Below are positions 1-8,206 of a stretch of DNA of 32,000 bases, piece after piece (positions within the stretch are counted from its first letter, which is position 1; each line of letters begins with the position of its first letter). The notes under the pieces were generated by a model. That model searched no databases. It was not told where the DNA came from and saw only the letters and a program-made list of their open reading frames with translations. The position numbers were made by a program, and so were the translations under genes. The stretch is from Paramicrosporidium saccamoebae KSL3. Taxonomy: Eukaryota; Fungi; Cryptomycota. The DNA is taken from assembly GCA_002794465.1 (NCBI GenBank), contig MTSL01000048.1:1504-33503 (forward strand), given 5' to 3'.

Positions 1-457
1 GCGACATGATTTAGGCATGGGTATCAAAGTCTGAGCACGTCTAAAGTGGCAGCCGTCCTGTTATTAGAGATTCTATCCACGCTGAGGGGAGTTTCAGACT
101 GTCGCGGTGATCATTACATTGGCAGATAAGAAAAAGCATAGCGAGAAAAGGCCTAAATATGTTTTACCTACAATGCTATATTTACTCTAATAAACGTCGA
201 GCAAACCCATCATACTGATTAACAATTTAGCAATCTGAATCTATGAACGTCGGAATCAAGACTATCACAGAGCGATTAAGGCTTTGGATGCCATCTTGGA
301 GTTGTGATTTTTACATCTGACTGAAAACAATGTACAGAGTTTGGTCGGTATAAAGAGAGTTGTGCAAAAACTTGATGGATACGCATGGGAGATCTCGGAA
401 GAAAATTGTGTGTTTATAGAGCTTAAAAGAATGCCGAGTATCTATTACGATTGCAAT

Positions 458-666
458 TGTGACGTAGAAGACTGATTAGTATGTCTTTTGGAAATAGTTC
501 TCTAGTTTGGAGAAGGGATAATCAGAACAATCGATGAAGGATAATGAGATCTTTACCATTTGAGGATTATGTTATTTGTGAGACTATAAATGGGCTATTG
601 GATTAAAAATGAGCGGGTTCTCTTCCCGCTTGATAAAGTCCGTGGTATTATCCCCACTACGCGACA
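458..666 (+). mobile_element. Solo LTR-like element, copy 1 (209 bp), 4-bp TSD CAAT
   Basis: Begins TGTGACGTAG and ends CTACGCGACA (imperfect 10-bp terminal inverted repeat, TG...CA). Flanked by CAAT at 454-457 and 667-670. Contains TATA-like ACTATAAA. First 122 nt match copy 2 at 31509 with 6 substitutions; last 27 nt (640-666) are identical to 31707-31733. Confidence 0.85.
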
Positions 667-745
667 CAATGATAAACGAACCAAAGCCCAGCTTTATTCC
701 ACTCGACAGGTGTATTGAAGAGCTACACTTCGGCCCCCAGGGCTA

Positions 746-1225
746 ATGTCGGCCACACCCAACGAAACTACGCTAGCCGACCTTGAGACACTAGCCGACA
801 ACTTTTCTAGTAGCAAGACAGTAGTAGACAGTTGGCTAAAGCTAGCAGGCAAGAAGCTTCCGGCAACCTCTAACATTCAGGCCGAATACAACGATACCAA
901 CGCCACTCGCCCTTTACGCCTCGGCATAGGAGCGAAGCCTTCTGCGGACAAGAAGCAGGAACATGAATCAATATTTTCAAATTACAAACTAAAAATGCAA
1001 CTTACTGGGAAAGAACAACTCGGTGAGGGAAAACAGGGTAAGCTTCGATCCCAGCTCGGACCTATGAACACCAGCAAGAGGCCGGCCACTAAGCCACTGA
1101 GACCCGTGAATGAGGAAGAGAGTAGATCGCAGAGTGTAGGCAAGGGAACTAAAGCAGCAGCAACAGCATCGGCTGTCCCTTCGTACGTCGGCGGCCGTAA
1201 GGGGAAAAAGAATAAATCTGTATAG
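746..1225 (+). CDS. Basic 159-aa protein, possibly fungal DUF3245-like
   Basis: ATG-initiated ORF. SWL and RPLRLGIGA motifs and a Lys-rich C-terminus resemble DUF3245 as I recall it; no profile search was run. Confidence 0.55.
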   Translation: MSATPNETTLADLETLADNFSSSKTVVDSWLKLAGKKLPATSNIQAEYNDTNATRPLRLGIGAKPSADKKQEHESIFSNYKLKMQLTGKEQLGEGKQGKLRSQLGPMNTSKRPATKPLRPVNEEESRSQSVGKGTKAAATASAVPSYVGGRKGKKNKSV

Positions 1226-1451
1226 AACACCACTATTGAGTGTTGCGATTCTAGATTCGTAGATAAACGTGTCAGATGTTGGGCTCATACATGTGTATTG
1301 AACACTTTGAGGGCCGCACTTGGGAATTGAGTGTACAGGTTTGAACAGGATCCTCCTCCCCCTCCAGTGCAACGTTTTCAAATCTACATACCCGATTTTG
1401 CACTGCGCGTTCTTAAATTACCCATTTAGCATCTCTTTATTAGCAAATCAT

Positions 1452-2339
1452 TTACAGAGCCAGAGCGAGGGGAACAAGAACTGCAGCAGCAACCATCGCA
1501 GCGGCAGCCTTGACGTTCTCGGCGCCATTCCCTTCCTTCTTGGCGGCACCTTGTACCTTTGGCTTGGGTGGCTCAACCTTGGGCATCTTCTTCTTTTCGT
1601 CCTTCTTCTTCTCATCTTCCTTCTTCTCAACGGGAGCGGGGGGAGGAGTGGGCTGGACGGCGAATGCCATGCTGTTGCCACCCATATCGTTGGCCATGCT
1701 GGGTCCAGCCAGAGGCAAGCCTTGTCCAGAAACGCTAATGTAGACATCACCAGTCATCAGATTGGGGTCGTTGGGGACGGCCCAGGTGTAGCCCTTCAGG
1801 GTGGAGCTAACAGTGGCAATCTCGAGGAGCGGAGTTGGGTTACCAACACGGTAAACGGCAATATCGACCATGGCGGGGTAGTTGCTAGTGATGGGGAAGT
1901 CCCACTTGATCTGGCAGTTGGTGCCAATGGCACATGGGCAGTCCTTGTTGGGGGATGTAACAAGGAAGGTGTTTACGGCATTGGGGACATCATTGAGAAT
2001 GGTGAATGTGCTTGATAGACCCTCAGAGGCACCGGGTTGGGGCGCTTGGGATCCCCAGACACGCAGACAGTACCCAGCGGCAGTCTTGAGCTCAGAGGGG
2101 ATCTTCCAGGAGTACTTTCCAGCCTCGCCAGGAACACCGGACGCGATCATCAACGGGAATTGGAGCACGTCGGGGTACATATCGACCAAGTCAATGTTCA
2201 CGAACCCAGTGTTGGAGCCATCCCACTGGATGTTCATCACATCACCAGCACTGTAGGTCATGTTTCCGGGGGAGATCACCTTGGGGTTGCCTGCAGCGAC
2301 CACTGCGAGAAATAGGGAGGCGGCGAGGGAAAAGATCAT
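1452..2339 (-). CDS. Predicted GPI-anchored surface protein with two Kre9/Knh1-like (PF10342-type) domains, 295 aa
   Basis: Likely start is the ATG at 2339, giving signal peptide MIFSLAASLFLAVVAA. Two beta-rich units follow (ISPGNMTYSAGDVMNIQW...GKYSWKIP and VTSPNKDCPCAIGTNCQIKW...KGYTWAVP), then a Pro/Lys/Glu linker and a hydrophobic tail AAAAMVAAAVLVPLALAL after small-residue omega candidates (GNG). Confidence 0.8.
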   Translation of the reverse strand: MIFSLAASLFLAVVAAGNPKVISPGNMTYSAGDVMNIQWDGSNTGFVNIDLVDMYPDVLQFPLMIASGVPGEAGKYSWKIPSELKTAAGYCLRVWGSQAPQPGASEGLSSTFTILNDVPNAVNTFLVTSPNKDCPCAIGTNCQIKWDFPITSNYPAMVDIAVYRVGNPTPLLEIATVSSTLKGYTWAVPNDPNLMTGDVYISVSGQGLPLAGPSMANDMGGNSMAFAVQPTPPPAPVEKKEDEKKKDEKKKMPKVEPPKPKVQGAAKKEGNGAENVKAAAAMVAAAVLVPLALAL

Positions 2340-2475
2340 GGTTCGACTCTGTCGGTTTGTTGACGCTGGTAATGCAATGCCACAACAAAGCCCTTTTATA
2401 GCCCGCCAATGTTTGGATAGAGCACTTGCTCTGTTGTCATGGTGCTCTTCCCGATGGTAGCCAATCAGGACGTCC

Positions 2476-3153
2476 ATGCAACTTATTGGATTAACGGGCG
2501 GCATCGCAACGGGGAAGACGACAGCCTCTGCCTATTTACAGCAACAGAATATTCCAGTAATTGATGCAGATTTGTTGTCGAGGCAGGCCTTGGAGCCCGG
2601 GACCAGTGGATATCAAAAGGCGTGTCGGCTGTTCCCTCAGGCTGTGGACAAAGGTGGCCTACTGAATAGAGGGAAGCTTGGAGACATCATATTCAATGAC
2701 GTGGCGGCACGGAAGAAATTGGAAGGAATAATTCACCCAGAAGTACAGTCTGCCATTGTCAAGACAATCATCTGGTATTGGTTTCGAGGCTATTGTCGAG
2801 TGGTCTTGGATATTCCACTCTTGTTTGAAACTCGAATGGACCGCTGGATGTCCTACACAGTCGTTATTACTGTATCCGGAGAGTTGCAGATAGGAAGACT
2901 GATCGAGCGAAGTCATTTGACGCTGGAGCAGGCCGAGAGTCGGATTGCCGCTCAAATGCCAATCAATACAAAGTGTAAACTGGCTGATGTAGTCATCCAG
3001 AATGATGGCGACATTGGGGCTCTATACAAGCTTCTTGACGTGGCGGTTGTCCGTAGGAGGCCGAATTTTCTAATCCACACAGTCTTATTGTATGCAGCCC
3101 CGCTACTGGGATCTTTGGCATTGATTGTCGTAGGCCTACTCAAGGTCTTTTAA
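2476..3153 (+). CDS. CAB5: Dephospho-CoA kinase (Cab5/DCAKD type), tail-anchored, 225 aa
   Basis: IGLTGGIATGKTT P-loop, VIDAD, IHPEV, LDIPLLFE and RIAAQMP motifs; C-terminal hydrophobic helix. Confidence 0.95.
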   Translation: MQLIGLTGGIATGKTTASAYLQQQNIPVIDADLLSRQALEPGTSGYQKACRLFPQAVDKGGLLNRGKLGDIIFNDVAARKKLEGIIHPEVQSAIVKTIIWYWFRGYCRVVLDIPLLFETRMDRWMSYTVVITVSGELQIGRLIERSHLTLEQAESRIAAQMPINTKCKLADVVIQNDGDIGALYKLLDVAVVRRRPNFLIHTVLLYAAPLLGSLALIVVGLLKVF

Positions 3154-3385
3154 TTTGGTGGACTAATCGACACGTTCTTTGTACAAAATGGACCAATTGT
3201 AAAGGGGAAGGGCAAGACACGCGATGGAAATAATGCCGCCATACCCATTTATGCAGATTGACAAAACTAGTGGTAGGTCGTTGGATGGGTAATAAACAAA
3301 TCCTCTTCCTGTCTAATCCACCACGCATCACACCCCCAACCACGCAACACTGTTGTAACATTGTTCATAAATCGACATTACTAAA

Positions 3386-3688
3386 TTATTTCTGCTTCTT
3401 CGTCTCGCTCGGTACCGTCTTCTTTCCTTTCCCTGCCTTGATCATGACCAACGCGATGAGTGTCGAAATGCCCGTCACACCCAGAACCAACAACGTCAGC
3501 GGCACTGCAACAGCATAATATCGGTCGGGGAAGTACGCCTGGAACGGATGGTCGGCATCCACAAACGGCTATCAATGAACATGGGCTCAGAAAGGTACGA
3601 GGACAAGTGTCCAGATGGTATAATAGGAAAAGACGGCGGTAGCGACGGCTAGGAGGAGACCGCCGAGGGCTTTGTCTTCGATTGCCAT
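3386..3688 (-). CDS. DPM2: Dolichol-phosphate-mannose synthase regulatory subunit DPM2, 90 aa; exons 3599-3688 and 3386-3568
   Basis: Removing a 30-nt GT-AG intron (3569-3598) gives MAIEDKALGGLLLAVATAVFSYYTIWTLVL|PFVDADHPFQAYFPDRYYAVAVPLTLLVLGVTGISTLIALVMIKAGKGKK..., matching the DPM2 pattern YYTxW...LPF...YF...YAVAxP with two TM helices. Absent from the ORF track. Confidence 0.92.
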
Positions 3689-3709
3689 TGATTGGCGGGC
3701 CGCTCACCC

Positions 3710-4096
3710 ATGGGCGAGGGGATGGATTTAGTCGATTTGAATTCGATGCTGGAGCTGGAGCCCATAAGCAATGAAGAGAACAAGACGACCGAAAACAGAA
3801 ACGTGACGAGACCACAAATGAGGATAATGGACCTCGGCATGTCGGAAGCCGTTTTTTCCGGTACATATGCTAGTAGTATATATCACTCCCTAGAATGTAG
3901 CCCACTAGAGGATATCAATATGATGAGCGGACTGCTAGTATCCAGTCCACCGATGAAAAAGTCGAGCGACATCAAATTGCCATCGCCATACCAATGCCGC
4001 GACTCCCGTCCCATCAAGCACGACAATCCGATCCCGATTGACGAGACGGAAAAGACGGAGCTACCGACAGTACGGAAAAATAAAATCGATATATAA
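3710..4096 (+). CDS. Hypothetical low-complexity protein (about 128 aa; start uncertain)
   Basis: Open frame with several in-frame ATGs (3710, 3722). Ser/Pro/acidic composition, fills an otherwise empty gap, no recognisable domain. Confidence 0.45.
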   Translation: MGEGMDLVDLNSMLELEPISNEENKTTENRNVTRPQMRIMDLGMSEAVFSGTYASSIYHSLECSPLEDINMMSGLLVSSPPMKKSSDIKLPSPYQCRDSRPIKHDNPIPIDETEKTELPTVRKNKIDI

Positions 4097-4101
4097 TCTT
4101 C

Positions 4102-4439
4102 ATGTCTTGTCAACGTCTACTCAATCTCTGCCAGAGTATGCCGTTGCTGTATTTCATGGTTTAGCAAAAGGATACGAGCGACTGTTGCCGTATGCACAGC
4201 GAATTGTCGCGGGTTCGGAAAGTGGAAAGCAGGGCCATATAGAAGCTGCAGAAATGTTCATCCGCGCTTCTGTCGAACACGATGTATTGCAATCTTTCAT
4301 TGTGGTGATAGTGTAATAGCAACTGATGGAAAAATTGTTTCCGACATCGACGCTTCCTTCAAATGAGAGGCTGAAGCGAGTTGCTGCATATTGTGGATTA
4401 CAAATGCCGAAAACACTCGAGCAGGAGGCATCCAAATAA
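4102..4439 (+). CDS. Hypothetical 90-aa protein; exons 4102-4135, 4165-4283, 4320-4439
   Basis: Two introns of the local size class (4136-4164, 29 nt, GTATGC...TTTAG; 4284-4319, 36 nt, GTATTG...AATAG) join an ATG to a stop in one frame (273 nt): MSCQRLLNLCQTKGYERLLPYAQRIVAG...EAAEMFIRASVEHDQLMEKLFPTSTLPSNERLKRVAAYCGLQMPKTLEQEASK. Confidence 0.65.
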
Positions 4440-4503
4440 ACGACGTTTTATGAGGTCAACAATACACAAAATTGGTGTTTCCATTTACTGGGGTAAGGGG
4501 CGC

Positions 4504-6450
4504 ATGACAGACTCGCCACGTCAAGCCCAAATCCCCACAACCACAATTGCCTTCCTTGTCTGGTATTTTTATCCAGTACGCTCTCACCATCTAGCCATGT
4601 TTGCCTAGAGCGCATGCAATCACCATTCTCGACGCGGTGTGGACATAGTTTCTGCCACGATTGCATTGTCAGGCAAATTGAGTATAATCCAGTGTGCCCT
4701 ACATGCAGCTTACCCGTAACCCGGGAGGATGTCTTTCCAAACTTCACCCGTACCATTTTCAGAGGTTTTGCTGAGATTTAGTGGAGGCGGCTCTTAGGTC
4801 GCAGGAGAATCCCGAGCAGGACGAAGAGTCCTCTGATCTTTCTAGTCTTCCCCGTAGAGCTCAATTTCCTGCTTTCATGCTGTAGAATTACGACGACGCA
4901 TTGATATTTTGGTTGCACGCAAGAGACGCCTGGAGAAGGAGCAGAAGACTATGGAAACAAGGTCACTGTTAGAGTTTCTTGTTATTGCCCGCTCACAGAA
5001 ACAGGAGGCGCTGGAAAAGGTCTCTGGGGAGTTGACAATGCTGGACAGGGATATAATCCGTGTTAAGCAGCGCATTGAACGAGAACTATCCGAATCGCAG
5101 CCCAGCCTTTCGCTAAACAACGAGGGTGAGCCTGAGGTGCCGGTGATCCAAGAGGATATCATCAGGGCGAGCAAACGAGTATTCTTAGATGCTTCGGGCG
5201 AAAAAGGTGCCGAGGTAGCAGAGCTGTCTGCTCCATTAGGCGTTGAGATAACAGAATTGTCTGCTCCATTAGGCGCCGATTCTACTGCATCGGCAGCCAG
5301 ACCAACCGAGGTTGCAGAGTCACTTGCCCCTAACTCTAAAGCAATCATCCACGAGCATTTCGCAGATCTGCAAGCCTGCTATTTCGATGAGTCAGTCGAA
5401 GATCCCCTCGAATACTTTGGTAAGAAAATTTCCAAATTGACCAAGCTTACGAGGATAAGACAAGTTTCTGCGCTAAAATTGGGCGATGTTGCCGGATCCT
5501 CCAACATTATCTCAAGCATTGAGTTTGATCGTCATGGACAGCTGTTTGCAACTGCCGGCGTGTCTAAAAAGATTCGATTTTACGAGTTTCGGGATACAAT
5601 GAATCAGACCATGGATCTCCATTGTCCAGTTCGTGAGATTCAGTGCAAGTCTAAAGTGAGTTGCATATCTTGGAATCCGTATATTCAACATCAACTTGCT
5701 TCGGCAGACTATGAAGGTCTGATTACCGTGTACGATTCAAACACTGGACTGGCTGTTTCCCATTTGGAGGAGCACGAAAAACGCAGCTGGAGCGTCGATT
5801 TCAGCACCACAGACCCCACGAGACTTGCCTCTGGATCTGATGATTGCTATGTAAAGCTATGGTCGCTAAAGTCCCGCAAGTCGATTCTCACCATCGACGG
5901 CAAGGCAAACATTTGCTCGGTTCGCTTTCATCCCGACCATGGACATTTGCTGGCATTTGGTTCTGCAGATCATAATGTCCATCTGTATGATTTGAGATTT
6001 GCCGGTAAGCCTCTGGATATTTTGCGTGGACACAAGAAGGCAGTCTCATATGTTAGATTTGCAGACAATGCGAGCATTGTTTCCGCATCAACAGATTGCA
6101 CATTGAGGCTTTGGTCTTTGCCGGGACAAGATGATACCATGCTTCCTGCAGATAGCTCCAAACTGACTCGCACATTTTCCGGACACTTGAACGAAAAGAA
6201 CTTTGTGGGCCTTGGAGTGCAAGGAGATTTATTCGCCTGTGGATCAGAAAACAACTCTGTATATGTGTACCATCGTGACTTGTCTAAACCCATCGCCACC
6301 TTCCGGTTTTCGTCTACGTGTCCATTGACTGAGAGCAGCATTGAGAACGAGGTCCAACAATTTGTAAGTAGCTTGTGTTGGAAGAAGGACTCTAACCTTA
6401 TGGTCGCTGCAAATAGCCAAGGCAATATTCGCATCCTGGAGATCGTATAA
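4504..6450 (+). CDS. COP1: COP1 E3 ubiquitin ligase (RING, coiled coil, WD40), 616 aa; exons 4504-4562, 4595-4749, 4782-4853, 4886-6450
   Basis: Three 32-nt introns (4563-4594, 4750-4781, 4854-4885) restore the RING CHVC...CGHSFCHDC...CPTC and join it to the ORF-track WD40 region. COP1-type motifs present: SNIISSIEFD, FATAGVSKKI, EHEKRSWSVDF, LASGSDD, GHLNEKNFVGL, ACGSENNSVYVY, ANSQGNIRILEIV. Total 1851 nt, in frame. Confidence 0.95.
5225..5275 (+). repeat. Short in-frame duplication in the COP1 linker (ELSAPLG twice)
   Basis: TGTCTGCTCCATTAGGCG at 5225-5242 and 5258-5275, 33 bp apart. Confidence 0.85.
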
Positions 6451-6482
6451 TAAAACCGGCGTTGCTATGATTGGTCGGCTAA

Positions 6483-8120
6483 ATGACCGTTACCAATACT
6501 AAGAGGAAGGCTTCTTTGGCCAAGCCTGACGATGGTAGGGCCTGCGGTGAATGTTCTAACAAGTTATTAGGTCCCGAGACTGTTGGGATACGGTACAGTT
6601 GTGACTATTGCTACAAGGATATCTCCTCGATCGTACGCCTGCAGTGCGCAGAATGTGGACTTCCTGCACCCGCAGGGACTGTTCAAGAGGGAGCCAGCGC
6701 CACTGGCACCACTAGTGCTACTGGAGCTTTCTCTGCCCACTCCAACTTGGAGGAGGTAGACCTGTGCGTGGAATGCTTTTCTGCTGGAGTCGAGTTTGGC
6801 CAGCATAAAAGGAACCACGCCTACCGGATACTCCGGCCACTTGACTTTGCCGTCTACCGGCTCGACTGGCGCGCCGATGAAGAGATTCTGTTACTGGAGG
6901 CGGTAGAGTCAAACGGCATTGGGAATTGGAATGACGTAGCAGAGCAACTTGGTACGCGGACAGCGGAAGAGTGCAAATCCCATTACATGGAGGTGTATAT
7001 GAAAGTGGAGCCGAATGCGCCTGCTTCACTTGGTAAAGATGGAATAGAAAAGTCGAGAGAGGCTTTGAAGGACGTTAAGAGGAAGCGTCCTCGTTTTATG
7101 ACCAGCGAAGAAGCTATCGCTGCGGCGCCTACTCCGCAAAGCGTCCCTGCTAACCATGAACTCGCCGGCTTTATGCCTCTCCGCGGTGAATTCGAGACAG
7201 AATTTGAGAATGATGCGGAAGTGGCGATCAAGGACCTAATATTCATGGAAGATGATACGCCTGCAGAGCGACAACTCAAGTTTACCATGTTGGACATTTA
7301 CTCCATGGTGCTGGATAGGAGGGCAGCGAGGAGAGAGTTTTGCTTTTCACATGGACTTGTGGATTTGAAAAAACATCAGTCAGTCGACAAGTCGCGATCA
7401 AAGGACGAACGGGAAATTTACAACATGTTAAAGCCATTTTCAAGGTTTGTGTCGTCTGAAGATTTGCAAGGACTGCTGGATGGCCTAACGAGGGAGGAGG
7501 AGCTTCGGAGACAGATTTCGCATTTGCAAGAATTGCGTCGACATGGGATCAGGTCCTTTGACGAAGTATCACCGTTTGAATCAGAAAAGAAACATCTGGA
7601 GCTCTATCTGAAAGGTGGCAGTACAATACTAGGTGGACCGCAGGCAAAGACGAATGCTCCCATTGAGGAACCCTTTCCATTGCCTACTCCTGCAAAATTC
7701 TCAAAGTCCATGACATCCACACAAGCCACGCCAGTGCCCACAACCATCTCCATCCCTCGACCCATGACTGCCGATTCAAGCAACGTCCCCACGCCCAGTG
7801 TCACGCCAGTCAATGGGAGCATTCCGCTGGCGCCTGCCAGTAGCGGTGGCCGAAAGGCATCCACACCGCTTAATATTTCCCATGCGGAAGGGGTGGAACT
7901 TCTCAGCGAGAAAGAGCGACACTTGTGCTCCATCCTGCGGCTTTACCCGCGACTCTACCTCAGCATCAAGGATACACTGATCAGAGAATATCTCAAGCTG
8001 GGTGGACTGAAGAGGGCACAAGCAAGGGCAGCTGTAAAGATTGATGTCAACAAGACAAGCAAACTGTATGACTTTTTTGTGGCCGCTGGATGGATCAAGC
8101 CGCCTGCTTCTGGAGAATAA
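6483..8120 (+). CDS. ADA2: Transcriptional adaptor Ada2 (ZZ, SANT, SWIRM); probable in-frame 36-nt intron at 6535-6570
   Basis: ZZ finger CDYC...CAEC...CVECF...H...H. SANT WRADEEILLLEAV...GIGNWNDVAEQLG. ELAGFMPLRGEFETEFENDAE motif. SWIRM C-terminus KIDVNKTSKLYDFF. Confidence 0.95.
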   Translation: MTVTNTKRKASLAKPDDGRACGECSNKLLGPETVGIRYSCDYCYKDISSIVRLQCAECGLPAPAGTVQEGASATGTTSATGAFSAHSNLEEVDLCVECFSAGVEFGQHKRNHAYRILRPLDFAVYRLDWRADEEILLLEAVESNGIGNWNDVAEQLGTRTAEECKSHYMEVYMKVEPNAPASLGKDGIEKSREALKDVKRKRPRFMTSEEAIAAAPTPQSVPANHELAGFMPLRGEFETEFENDAEVAIKDLIFMEDDTPAERQLKFTMLDIYSMVLDRRAARREFCFSHGLVDLKKHQSVDKSRSKDEREIYNMLKPFSRFVSSEDLQGLLDGLTREEELRRQISHLQELRRHGIRSFDEVSPFESEKKHLELYLKGGSTILGGPQAKTNAPIEEPFPLPTPAKFSKSMTSTQATPVPTTISIPRPMTADSSNVPTPSVTPVNGSIPLAPASSGGRKASTPLNISHAEGVELLSEKERHLCSILRLYPRLYLSIKDTLIREYLKLGGLKRAQARAAVKIDVNKTSKLYDFFVAAGWIKPPASGE

Positions 8121-8206
8121 TCAAGTATATAAATGTAATGTTCCTGAGAAGTTGGTTTATTTGACAAGAATGTTTTGGCTATTGAATGCTAGAAATTTCA
8201 GATAAC

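Noticed and set aside
1-6. Window begins GCGACA, identical to the LTR 3' end
   Set aside because: Six bases is too short to support; upstream sequence is needed.
1320-2015. Long antisense or alternative-frame ORFs (also 3381-3866, 4875-5348, 8426-8860, 8464-8895, 12292-12915, 13303-13875, 24887-25390, 26503-26967)
   Set aside because: They overlap well-supported genes on the opposite strand or frame, often over low-complexity codons, and show no domain signatures.
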